DNA from: Octopus vulgaris
Lineage: Eukaryota
Length of the DNA stretch: 64,000 bases
Direction: 5' to 3'
NCBI GenBank assembly: GCA_951406725.2
Contig: OX597824.1
Coordinates: 29,264,001-29,328,000, forward strand
The translations under genes were made by a program, and so were the position numbers. Of this stretch, positions 26,550 through 38,970 are shown in pieces; position 1 is the stretch's first letter; the number at the start of each line of letters is the position of its first letter. The notes beneath the pieces were generated by a model. That model was given only the letters and a program-made list of their open reading frames with translations, did no database searches and was not told the DNA's origin.

Positions 26550-26790
26550 TACTTCTACTGCTGCTGATTCTGCTATTACTGTTGTTGTTGTTGTTGAGAT
26601 GCTGTTGGTGTTATCATCATCATTACCACCTCACCACCACCACCTCACCACCACCATCATCATTATCATCATCAACAACAACGCCGCCATTATTTTGTTG
26701 CTACTGGTAGTATTTCTAGTGGTGATGGTGGTGGTGGTGGTGGTGGTGGTGTTGGTGGTGGTGGTGGTGTTGGTGATGGTGGTGGTCTAC
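25660..26790. repeat. Series of trinucleotide microsatellites (AAC, AAT, GAT, TAC, GGT)
   Basis: Direct reading. Confidence 0.9.
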
Positions 26791-27419
26791 TTAGCTTTTG
26801 TCGTCGTCATCGTAGTCCTGGGGCATTGTGGATGCTGTTGTAAACCCTGATATTGTTGTTGTTATTTCTTGTCATCTTTCCCCCACCCCACTCCCTACCA
26901 CTACCACCCCGCCATTCCCCCGGTCCCTAAACATATCTAAGGATGAGCCAGAAAGTCCACTACAACAAAACAGAATCTGCCATATCCCTTCATTTATTTA
27001 TTCCTATTTTTAAAACTATTTCATCTATATGTTTTAAAATTCTTTTAGTTGTGGCAAAATATTAAATAGAAATATTTCAATTGCTTTTATTCACATAAAA
27101 CTTAGAATCTCTGAGGTAATATTTTCCATACATAACTTCAAGACAAGTTTGTGCTTTTCTTTATTTCTGTAACTTAAACCTTTTCTGCTGACATCGAAGG
27201 ATTCCTAACTTTTTAACGATATTGGTATAATTGAGACAAACTGGCTCCACATACTAATTGTGCGATAGCAGGTTGTGTTTTAGACAACTGTTTCTGTGTA
27301 TGGACTACCTTGTGTAATCTGCTACCTGCATAAGTTTTCATTAAATAGAAGCTAGTTCAATGAGTGTGAATTGAGCGTTTGGGGAATCGTGATTGATATT
27401 TCGAAACCCACTTGCAGGT

Positions 27420-27972
27420 TTTCTACTCCAGGCACAAGGCCCGAAATTTTGGAGGAGGGGGCAGTCGATTAGATCGACACCAGTGCGTAACTGGTAGTTA
27501 ATTTATCGACTCCGAAAGGATGAAAAGCAAAGTCGACCTCAGCAGAATTTGAACTCAGAACACAAAGACAGACGAAATACCTATTTCTTTACTACTCACA
27601 ATGGGCTAAACGCAGAGGGGACAAACAAGGACAGACAAACGGATTAAGTCAATTATATCGACCCCAGTGCGTTACTGGTACTTAATTTATCGATCCCGAA
27701 AAGATGAAAGGCAAAGTCGACCTCGGCGGAATTTGAACTCAGAACGTAGCGGCAGACGAAATGCCAATTTCTTTACTACCCACAAGGGGATAAACACAGA
27801 GAGGACAAAACAAGGACAGAAAAACGGATTAATTCGATTACATCGATCCCAGTGCGTAACTGGTACTTAACTTATCGACCTCGGCGGAATTTGAACTCAG
27901 AACGTAGCGGCAGACGAAATACTGCTATGCATTTCACCCGGCGTGCTAACATTTCTGCCAGCTCGCCGCCTT
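27420..27972 (-). mobile_element. SINE A multimer (one head, three body units)
   Basis: Junctions at 27571 and 27755, 184 bp apart. The terminal unit carries the alternative tail CCAAAATTTCGGGCCTTGTGCCT. Confidence 0.9.
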
Positions 27973-28346
27973 TTCAGTCGCAGCTATTTCATTACACGCA
28001 GTTAATCATTATTTTTTAACTTTAGTACATCGGTCTCACACCTTGAAGGATATTTTAACTTATCGGTACCGAAATAATCAAATGTAAAAGTGGTTCTTGG
28101 AAGAACTCAATAATAAAAAAAAAACAACAACAGTTTCAAATTTTGGCACAGGGCCGGCAATTTTGGGTGAAAGGGTAAGCCGGTTACATCGATTCCAGTA
28201 CTCAACTGGTACTCCTTTCATCGAACCGGAAAATATGAAAAACGAAGTCGACCTCGGTGGAATTTGAACTCGGAACGTAAAGACGGACAAAATACCGATA
28301 AACATTTTGCCTGCTCGAGATACTACCAGCTCACCATCTTGATAAT

Positions 28347-28650
28347 GTTTGTTCTTTCTCGAGCCACGCCTGGCTCATAAAGGCCGGTTTCCCGGTTTCT
28401 TTAGCGTATAGGTAGGTTCCCCACCTGGACGGGACGCCAGTTAGTCGCAGGTGAGCTACAAGATGCAGGAGGAAAGAGTGAGAGAAAGTTGTGGCGAAAG
28501 AATCTGCAGGAGTTCGCCATTACCTTCTGCCGGAGCCGCGTGGAGCTTAGGTGTTTCGCTCATAAACACACACATCGCCCGGTCTGAGATTCGAACCTGC
28601 GATCCCTCGACTGCGAGTCCGCTGCTCTAACCACTAGGCCATGTGCCTCC
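28347..28650 (-). mobile_element. SINE C head with V-domain-like tail, TSD-flanked
   Basis: Head GGAGGCACATGGCCTAGTGGTTAGAGCAGCGGACTCGCAG..GGTTCGAATCTC; CCTGCGACTAACTGGCGTCCCGTCCAGG; imperfect TSD CACC(A/G)TCTT(G/A)ATAAT at 28332-28346 and 28650-28664. Confidence 0.85.
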
Positions 28651-28844
28651 ACCGTCTTAATAATAATCCTTGCAAATACATGCACAAGGCCTGCAATTTG
28701 TGGGATCGGGGAATAGTTGATCACATCGAACCCAGTACATCTCGAAAGGATGAAAGGTGAAGTCGACCACGGACGAAATGCCGCTAAGCTCTCTGCCAGC
28801 TCGCCGCCTTAATAATAATAATGATGATGATTTCAAATTAAGTT

Positions 28845-29430
28845 AAGGCGGCGAGCTGGCAGAAACGTTAGCACGCCGGGCGAAATGCGTAGCCGTATTT
28901 CGTCTGCCGTTACGTTCTAAGTTCAAATTCCGCCGAGGTCGACTTTGCCTTTCATCCTTTCGGGGTCGATAAATTAAATACTAGTTACGCACTGGGGTCG
29001 ATGTAATCAACTTAATCTGTTTGTCTGTCCTTGTTTGTCCCTTCTGTGTTTAGCCCCTTCTGGGTAGTAAAGAATATTTCGTCTGCCGCTACGTTCTGAG
29101 TTCAAATTCTGCCGAGGTCGACTTTGCCTTTCATCATTTCGAGGTCGATTAAATAAGTTCCATTTACGCACTGGGGTCCATATAATCGACTTAATCCGTT
29201 TGTCTGTCCTTGTTTGTCCTCTCAGTGTTTATCCCCTTGTGGGCAGTAAAGAAATGGGTACTTAGTCTATCTTCATGTTCTGAGTTGAAATTCTGCCGAG
29301 GTCGATTTTGCATTTCATCCTTTCGGGGTCGATAAATTAAGTACCAGTGAAACACTGGGGTCGATGTAATCGACTAGACCACTCGTCCAAAATTTCAGGT
29401 TTTGTGCCTATTGAAGAAAGGATTATTATT
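28845..29430 (+). mobile_element. SINE A trimer
   Basis: Head at 28845, units restarting at ~29075 and ~29257. The last unit is more diverged and has the alternative tail. Confidence 0.9.
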
Positions 29431-29439
29431 ACTCTTAAT

Positions 29440-29950
29440 TAAGGCGGCGAACTGGCAAAATCGTTAGCATGCCGGGCTAAATACTTAGCGGTATTTGCCC
29501 GTCGCTACGTTCTGAGTTCAATACATCCCCTCCTCCAAAATGTTGACCTTGAGGCAAAATTTGAAACCATTATTACTACTATTATTTCAAGCGGTGAGTT
29601 GACAGAATCGTTAGCATGCCGGACGAAATGTTTAACGACATTTTGCCCGTCGCTCCGTTCTGTGTTCAAATTCCGCCAAGGTCGACTTTGCCCTTTATTC
29701 TTTCGGGGTCGATAAATTAAGTACCAGTTGAACACTAAAGCCAATGTAGTCGTTGTTACATTCTGAATTCAACACATCACCTCCTCAAAAATGCTGCCCT
29801 TGTGGCAAAATTTGAAACCATTATTATTCCTATTAGTGAAAGCAACGAGCTGACAGAACCGTTAGTGCTCCGGACAAAATGCTTAGTGAAATTTCAACCG
29901 TATTTACGGCCTCCTCCAAAATTTCAGACCCTGTGCATATAATAGAAAGG
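29440..29950 (+). mobile_element. Further SINE A copies and fragments
   Basis: Heads at ~29441, ~29590 and ~29840, with internal deletions. Confidence 0.8.
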
Positions 29951-30002
29951 ATCATCATCAGCAGCAGCATCAGTATTGTTAATAACAGCAGCCATTCAAG
30001 AA

Positions 30003-30082
30003 TTTGGACCTGGAGATCTCCATTTCCAGCGACTTCGAGGGCCACCTCCTAGTGGTGTCTAACGTCAACGAAGAGCCCTCGA
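30003..30082 (+). ncRNA. Candidate HDV-like ribozyme fold lacking P4
   Basis: P1 (T)TTGGAC/GTCTAA(C); J1/2 hairpin CTGGAGAT(CTCC)ATTTCCAG; P2 TCGAGGGCC/G(A)GCCCTCGA; P3 ACC/GGT; L3 TCCTAGT; GTCAA then CGAA (catalytic C equivalent at 30069). Confidence 0.62.
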
Positions 30083-30176
30083 CTACAACAAGACGACCAA
30101 AGTTCTTTTTTTCCAAGGTCTGAGGTCTTCTGCCTCTAAGCCCTAGACTATCACCTAATCACCCTTACCCATCTTA

Positions 30177-30189
30177 ACAACAACAACAA

Positions 30190-30221
<32 letters not shown>

Positions 30222-30270
30222 GCAGCAGTAGCAGTAGTAGTAGTAGTAGTAGTAGCAGCAGTGGTAGTAG
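30177..30270. repeat. (AAC)n(AGC)n(AGT)n microsatellite
   Basis: Direct reading. Confidence 0.9.
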
Positions 30271-30857
30271 TACATTTCTGCGGCCCCTAAACTGACAAGT
30301 TAGTAACAATAATAATACTGATATATTAGTGTCAGCTGTAGATGTAAAAAAAATGTTGAAAATAAATAAAAGTGAGACCAACAGGTGTAGCGAATGTTTT
30401 ATCTCTAAAGGGAAATTAGTCTTGGTTGGCAGCAAAAAGTGTAACGTAGAAAGAATTTGGAAGTGTATAAGAATTCTGCAGAAATGTCCATGGTTTGTTT
30501 CTTTTAGAAGATTTCGTTTTCGTATGTTTCTGAAACGAAATGTTCTGAATTCCAAATTATTTATTTTACTTAAAAACTTTAATGGTAAACATGAATTTAG
30601 ATGAAATGTTTTATGTTTTTCTCACAAAGATTGCCAGCTGTCTACAGGACGATGGCAGACTCAACAGAACACCTGCCAAAATATCATTTGAATTGAAGCA
30701 ACTTCCTTTTTTTTACGTTCCCAGTTCGCTTACTACAATAGCCTGCTGTAAGTTTTTCAATCTCGAGGGGTTCTATAAAAACTATTTGATTGTCATGTCG
30801 GCTGCCAAGATGGTTGGATTTCTCTTCTATGCTCGCAAAGTTCTTACACCTCTCTCT

Positions 30858-31245
30858 GTGGAGGCGCAATGGCCCAGTGGTTAGGGCAGCGGACTCGCGG
30901 TCATAGGATCGCGGTTTCGATTCCCAGACCAGGCGTTGTGAGTGTTTATTGAGCGAAAACACCTAAAGCTCCACGAGGCTCCGGCAGAGGATGGTGGTGA
31001 TCCCTGCTGTACTCTTTCACCACAACTTTCTCTCACTCTTACTTCCTGTTTCTGTTGTACCTGTATTTCAAAGGGCCGGCCTTGTCACTCTCTGTGTCAC
31101 GCTGAATATCCCCGAGAACTACGTTAAGGGTACACATGTCTGTGGAGTGCTCAGCCACTTACACGTTAATTTCACGAGCAGGCTGTTCCGTTGATTCGGA
31201 TCAACCGGAACCCTCGTCATCGTAACCGACGGAGTGCTTCCATCC
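30858..31245 (+). mobile_element. SINE C, full length, tail type X, 12-bp TSD
   Basis: A-box TGGCCCAGTGG, B-box GTTTCGATTCC; TSD ACACCTCTCTCT at 30846-30857 and 31246-31257. Confidence 0.92.
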
Positions 31246-31860
31246 ACACCTCTCTCTATAAGGCCACCATTCATCCTTGCGTTGAATATTGGTTTCAAAT
31301 TTTGGCACAAGGCCAGCAGTTTCGAGGAAGGGGCTAATTCGATTACATCGACCCCAAATAATCGGGACACTCAAGCAAACGGTACTGAGAAACACTGTAA
31401 AAGACTGTTCTTAATGTATCAGGAGAATTTGTATTAATTCTCCTTAAAATAAAGAAACTTTCTACTTTATCTGAAATAGATCATTACTTCTCAAAATACA
31501 ATACCCAGCTAGCAAAATCGTTAATATGTTTGACAAAATGCTTAGTGGTATTTAGTTCGTCTCTAGGTCCTGAGTTCGAATTCCGCCGGTGTAGACTTGA
31601 CCTTTAATTTTTCAAATACCCAGTCGAGTACTTTTTTGATGTAATCGACTAGGTGCCGCTCCTAAAATATTTCAGGCCCTGTGTGTGTTGTAGAAAGAAT
31701 TATTTTATTTTACTGCATTTAGAGTACCTATGGTTCATTATCTTCTATCTTTTCTCTTTTTATCATTTACTTGTTTCAGTCATTAGACTGTGACCATAGT
31801 GGTGCATCGCCTTGATGAGTTTTAGTCAAAGGAATCGATCCCCAGGACTTATACATATAC

Positions 31861-31957
<97 letters not shown>

Positions 31958-32269
31958 TTATATAGCTAGCTAGTTAGATAGATAGCACACACACACCCAT
32001 GTATATATATATACGACGGGTTTCAGTTACCGGGTACCGAATCGATTCATGGGGTTTTAGTGGATCCAAAGGTTTAATAGAACGCACTAGTCCTGGGTAC
32101 CACACAGTGGCGCTGATTTCGGAACCATACTGCTGGAAAGCAAACTTCTTACCACACAGCCATGCCTGCGCCTATATCAGGTTAATGAAACTTGTTCTTT
32201 ATTTAAATTATACCCTTAATTCTTCCTATTTCTCTCATTTTTACTATATTCAGAATATTAATAATGATA

Positions 32270-32497
32270 TTCTTTTCTACTCTAGGCACAAGGCCCGAAA
32301 TTTTTTGAGGAGGGGGCCAGTCGATTAGATCGACCCCAGCACGCCACTGGTACTTAATTTATCGACCCCGAAAGGATGAAAGGCAAAGTCGACCTCGGCG
32401 GAATTTGAACTCAGAACGTAGCGACGGGCGAAATACCGCGAAGCATTTCGCCCGGGGTGCTAACGTCTCTGCCAGCTCGCCGCCTTTAGCCGCCTTA
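32270..32497 (-). mobile_element. Young SINE A monomer, alternative tail, TSD-flanked
   Basis: AATATTAAT(A/G)ATGATA on both sides. Confidence 0.9.
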
Positions 32498-32897
32498 ATA
32501 TTAATGATGATACTGATTTATAAAGGTGGGGTTAATGAGTTTTATAAAGTATTGTCGTAACGTAAAATCCGATGATCAGATTTCCGGGGAATTTAGTTAT
32601 CCGGCAACCGTACGGTCCCAGTGCTGCAGAAGTTTATTGTATTGAGCAATACTGGAAGCAATACTATAAAAGGGTATACAGCACAATGGTTTCGAATCTT
32701 CATGGTGACTGCTTAACTTCATTCACATTTAAACTGGAATAAGGGAGAAGTGTCGGGTAAATAAAACGATCAAGCGATTCGGCCCCCTTCTCCATGAGTC
32801 AAAACCGAATCCATCAGACATTATGACACGCTATGTATATTGGTCGATCACGTGATCACGTCATAAACGCAAATGTATATATATATATATATATATG

Positions 32898-33200
32898 TGT
32901 GGAGGCACAATGGCCAGTGGTTGGGGTAGCGAACTCGCGGTCGTAGGATCGCGGTTTCGATTCCCAGACCGGGCGTTGTAAGTGTTTATTGAGCGAAAAC
33001 ACCTAAAGCTTCACGAGGCTCCGGCAGTGGCAATCCCTGCTGTACTCTTTCGCCACAACTTTCTCTCACTCTTTCTTCTGTTGGCCTGCTCACTTAACCG
33101 GCGGGGTGGCGTCATTTGAAGGCTAAAACAATGCGAAGCGCATTGTGACCAGCGATGTGTAGCAACATCTGATAGCCTGGTCGGTCTCGTGATCACGTGA
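32898..33200 (+). mobile_element. SINE C, tail type Y
   Basis: Same head and body as 30858 up to CTTTCTCTCACTCTT, then GGCGTCATTTGAAGGCTAAAACAATGCG...GTGATCACGTGA. Confidence 0.9.
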
Positions 33201-33529
33201 TATATGTATGTATATAGATAGATAGATAAGACTTACTTGGAAGAGGATGCGTGGCGTTCAATCATATAATAATACAAATATAAATAATATATATTTATAT
33301 AGTGTCTTTGTATGTGTGCGCGTGCATGTGTGTCTCTGTGTGTGTAGAAATATGTGTATATATATAGATATGCAGGTATTCGTGCTTTATGCTTATCTAT
33401 CTACATATGGTGATAAATGGAGCAGATATGCAGAGACAGCAGGGCGAGACCGTGATAAAAAATATTATGAGTCACTTAAAAGATACTAAAATATCAAAGA
33501 CGTTCGTTCTGGTTGCGTTAAATGTGAAG

Positions 33530-33961
33530 TGTATATATTTATATGTATATATATATATTTATATATATACATATATATATACACACACACACACACATAT
33601 ATATATATACACACACACACACACGTATTCACACACAGGCGCGCGCGCGCACACACACATTCAGACATCTATGCACATACAGTCACGTTTAAGTATAAAC
33701 AGAGAAGAAACTCTCCCAACATTCTCTCTCCCTCTCTGTCGTTCTCGCATTTTATGCATGCATATGTATGTTCGTGTGAGTGCGTGTGTGTATGTGCGCG
33801 CGCGCGCGAATGCGGCTGTGTTTGCGTCAGTGTCTGTATGTGTGTCTATGTATGTATGTATGTATGTATGTATGTATGTATGTATGTATCTAACTATCTT
33901 ATATATATATATTGGTATATATATATATGGGGGGGGGGTTTCTGTCTGTGTTTGTGTATGT

Positions 33962-34000
<39 letters not shown>

Positions 34001-34435
34001 TGTGTATGCAAAATGAAAGTAATTATTTACCTGTATAAACCGTTATAGAAAAAGAAACACACATTTCAGACTTTGAATTTGTGTTCGTTAGTATGTATAT
34101 GTATTTGTGTGTGTGTGTGTGCATGCGTGCTCGTCTGTGTGTATGTATATATATATATATGTGTGTGTGTGTATATATATATGTATATATGTATATATAC
34201 GTATATATGTGTGTATATATATATATGTATATATGTATATATACATATATATGTATATATATATAGCTATATATGTATATATACATATATATGTATATAT
34301 ATATATATATGTATGTATATATGTATGTATATATATATGTATATATATATATACTTATATATGTATAATATATATATATATATATATATATACATATCTA
34401 TATATACACACATACACACACACCTATATATATAT

Positions 34436-34499
<64 letters not shown>

Positions 34500-34500
34500 G
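33530..34500. repeat. Compound dinucleotide/tetranucleotide microsatellite block
   Basis: Direct reading. Confidence 0.9.
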
Positions 34501-35057
34501 TACACGTAATCACACAAAGACACGCACACACATACAAACAATAAAAGGTGAGGAAAGCACGTAACCTGAGAATTAAGAAAGATGGCGTCTTGAAGCATTC
34601 GGGTGACTTAAGAAAACATAGTCGCACGTATTAAAGAGGACGACTCAACAGTTGGTAGACCTGTTTCTTAATGTTTTACTAAAAGGTTCCTGCCCGTTCC
34701 TTAAACATTTATCACCTTTCTTTCAACCATGTCATCTAATATCTACCAACATAACATGTTGCCAAATATCTGTGAACACGGCGAAGCGAGACAGCGCGAT
34801 ACAAGACGAGACTCGGGCGAGACAGAAAAACAAGTAGACGTCGTTATGTGTAATCGTTCGCTGAAAGTAGTCTATCTTAGCGCTGCATAGTTAAAAGGAC
34901 AAAATGTGCAAACATTTAATTTGGAATGTGGCTCCAAGACGGGTGCGGTCCGAAGAGAAAATTATTTGGCCGGAGAAATTTGAGAAGCCTCAATCTTTAC
35001 GGTCAGTAAATACAATAGAGAGAAGAACAAATGTGCATGTGTATGTGTGTATGTATA

Positions 35058-35113
<56 letters not shown>

Positions 35114-35353
35114 AATATATACATACATTCATATATATATATATATACTAATAAATATACTTATACATAATAGCATATAATTATACGTACATAAACACAC
35201 ATATTCACATAAATTCATATATATGTGTATGTATGTATATATATATATATATATATATGAATAGATATATATTTAAATATATATATGAATATATATATTT
35301 AGACATATATATATATGCATTCATAACTATCTATATATATCTATATATATCTA

Positions 35354-35391
<38 letters not shown>

Positions 35392-35917
35392 CATATGCAT
35401 GTGTATATACATATATGTATGTATTTATCTATGTATGCATGTATATAACGGTGTTAAGGGCTCTTCTTTTATGTTCATTCATTATTCACTGACCATGCCT
35501 GACCACTAAAAATTCTTGCTGGTCAACAAATGAACATCACATGACTTTGGCTGTCACCTCGTAAAAATTCGCTCGGTCAGAAGTGAAAATAGGGCGAAGA
35601 TATTTTGGGTTTTGTAGCAATAAGTATTTTCTTTTCATTCTTCTATTGAAGCAGATATAAAAAGTGTAGAACAGTGATAATGTTGACAATGACTTGGGTC
35701 ACGAACTCATACTGTTCGGCGCCGAAAACAGACGAACAATGGTACGGAAATCCACCATTTTCGCATTCTACTGATGTGGATCGATCGATGTATTTACTTA
35801 AACGAATTCCTGAATTAGTCTAATGAGCCACCAAATCTTTTAAAGTATATATAGAGACAAACACATATGTATGCGTGAGAATGTATGCATATATATATAT
35901 ATATATATATATATACG

Positions 35918-36011
<94 letters not shown>

Positions 36012-36066
36012 TAATATATCCTTCGTTTATGAGTGGAAAATGAACCGGTGTGTTTGTGGTTAGATA

Positions 36067-36283
36067 TTCTTTTCTACTCTAGGCACAAGCTCCGAAAGTT
36101 TGAGTGGGGGGGGGTCAGTCGATTAGATCGACGCCAGTACACAACTGGTAATTAATTTATCAACCTCGAAAGGGTGAAAGGCAAAGTCAACCTCGGTGGA
36201 ATTTGAACTCAGAACATAAGGACAGATGGAATACTGCTAAGCATTTCGCCCGGCGTGCTAACGCTCCTGCCAGCTCGCCACCT
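36067..36283 (-). mobile_element. SINE A monomer, alternative tail
   Basis: Homologous to the 32270 copy; GTTTGTGGTTAGATATT flanks both ends (TSD). Confidence 0.88.
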
Positions 36284-36405
36284 TAGTTTGTGGTTAGATA
36301 TTAAAGCATTAAGGCAATGTCTCTCCTCAAACATACATAAATACGTACATACAAACATACATACAAACATACATACATACATACAAACATACATACATAC
36401 ATACA

Positions 36406-36437
<32 letters not shown>

Positions 36438-37142
36438 AACTTACATACATACATATATTCATACGTACATACAAACAAACAAATACATGTATATATATAT
36501 ATATATATACATACCTACGTACCTACAAACATACATATATACATGCATAGGTACATACATACGTACGTACTTACATACATATACGTACATTGGTACATTC
36601 ATACGTACGTACATACATACATACATACATACATACATACATACATACATACATACATACATACATACATACATACACGCGTGTGTGGCTCCATAGTCAA
36701 ATGTTAAGAAGCTTGCTTGCCTGCTTACTAACTACATGGATCCGGGTTCAGTTCCAGTGGCTGACATTATGCACAAATGTCCTTTCCTATAACTTCCAGG
36801 CTGGCCAAAGTCCTGTGAGTGGAATTTGTGGATTTCATAGACGCCAAACTGAAAGGGAACTGCCGGACAAATAAACCCATGCATGATTGCGTGCTTAAGA
36901 AACACCTCATCTATAGGGGTTCGTTTTCACTTGCACCATAAACCCCGCACTGCTCAATACAGTAACGCCTTACAATCAGTGTTGGTTTGTTTACGTCCCC
37001 TCTTATCTCACGGTTCGATCAAAGAGATCGAATGAATTAGTATCGAATTTTAAGAAAATAAGTAGTTGTGTTGATTTATTCGACTGACGACGGTGCCCAG
37101 CATGTCGCAGTCCCATACAAAACACACACACACAAACATACA

Positions 37143-37193
<51 letters not shown>

Positions 37194-37211
37194 ACACACA
37201 CACACAAGCAC

Positions 37212-37265
<54 letters not shown>

Positions 37266-37293
37266 GTGTGTGTCTGTGTGTGTGTGTGTGTGT

Positions 37294-37569
37294 GTGGAGA
37301 CGCAATGGTCCAGTGGTTAGGGCAGTAGACTCGCGGTTGTAGGATCGCGGTTTCGATTCCCAGATCGGGCGTTGTGAGTGTCTTTTGATCGAAAATACCT
37401 AAAGTTCCACGACGCTCCGGCAGGGGATGGTGGCGATCCCTGCTGTACTCTTTCACCACAACTTTCTCTCACTCTTTCTTCTGTTTGCCTGCTCGCTAAG
37501 CCAGCGGGTGGCGTCATTTGAAGGCTAAAACAATGCGAAGCGCATTGTGACCAGCGATGTGTAGCAACA

Positions 37570-37575
<6 letters not shown>
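37294..37575 (+). mobile_element. SINE C, tail type Y, ending in (TA)n
   Basis: Closely similar to the 32898 copy. Confidence 0.9.
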
Positions 37576-37617
<42 letters not shown>

Positions 37618-37994
37618 CGAAGCATTAGTGTTATCCTTCTCCCATTGTGGGATGGAATGCTTTGCCTTATTCGTTGCAGTGCCCTGTAACTAGTGTTCGA
37701 ATTCCGCTTCGCCCTTCAACGTTTTGGGACCAAGAAACAAATCTAGAGTCCCGTACCGGAGTTCAAATATTCTACTGCTTTATTTAATGTACCCTGAATG
37801 AAGAAGGGAAATGTTAACCTCAGTTGTATTTGAACTCAAGCGTGGACAACTTGGACAAATAACGGAAGCTTGACCAACCGTCGTCCTAACGACTCAAACA
37901 ATTTGAACTGCATTATTTCGATTCTTTTTGTTTTTGTTTTTTGAACCCTTGTTTTCATAATCCGTCTTGACCAGCGGTTCCTTAATCGACTAGC

Positions 37995-38320
37995 ACTCCA
38001 TCGTTTCGAAGATGAGGCTTCCACTTGATCCATTCAACGGAACAGCTTGCTCGTCAAATTTATGTGCAATTGGCTGAGTATTCCACAGACATGCGAATTC
38101 TTAACGGTGTTCTCTGGAAGATTCAGCGTCACACAGAATGCGACAAGACAGGACTATTGAAATACAGGTATTATTCATTTTTTCCCATCTAAGCGGCTTG
38201 ATGCAACGAATAATAAAAGGTGTTGTTTAAGGACATAACGCACCACTAGATAGATACCAGACTCATGACTTTACAATCGTCCGCCGAATAACCTAACCAG
38301 TTAAAACCACCCGGCCTTCA
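37995..38320 (-). mobile_element. Old SINE sharing tail X with the 30858 copy
   Basis: CAACGGAACAGC.TGCTCGT.AAAT..TGGCTGAG.A.TCCACAGAC is the reverse complement of 31135-31195; the 5' part differs. Confidence 0.7.
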
Positions 38321-38464
38321 CAGCCGGATCCTTAGAGAAGCGAACATGGTAGTCTGGATCCAACTCAGAAAATCGAGCAACATGACCAAACAAGTCTAAG
38401 CTGACGCTCCAGAATCGTACAGTTAAAAGGACACATCTCAGTTTCTGACGATACTCTTTAATCT

Positions 38465-38886
38465 TTACGCTTTTACTTGTTTCAGTCATTTGACTGTGGT
38501 CATGCTGGAGCACCACCTTTTAGTCGAGCAAATCGACCCCCAGGTCTTATTCTTTGTAAGCCTAGTACTTATTCTATCGGTCTCTTTTGCCGAACCGTTA
38601 AGTTACGGGGACGTAAACACACCAGCATCGGTTGTCAAGCGGTGTTGGGGGGACAAACACAGACACACAAACACAAACACACAAACACATACACATACAC
38701 ACATATACATATATACATATATACGACGGGCTTCTTTCAGTTTCCGTCTACCAAATCCACTCACAAGGCTTTGGTCGGCCCGAGGCTATAGTAGAAGACA
38801 CTTGCCCAAGGTGCCACGCAGTGGGACTGAACCCGGGACCATGTGGTTCGTAAGCAAGCTACTTACCACGCAGCCACTCCTACGCC
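38465..38886 (-). mobile_element. SINE B, full length, young
   Basis: Complete head, CORE-like segment, internal microsatellite and tail. Confidence 0.93.
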
Positions 38887-38933
38887 TGATAACAAAGAAA
38901 GAACAAAAAGCAAAAAAAAAAAAAATTCTTTCA

Positions 38934-38970
<37 letters not shown>

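Noticed and set aside
30858-30935. tRNA genes at SINE heads
   Set aside because: A and B boxes are present but the cloverleaf is incomplete and each head continues into a SINE body, often with a TSD.
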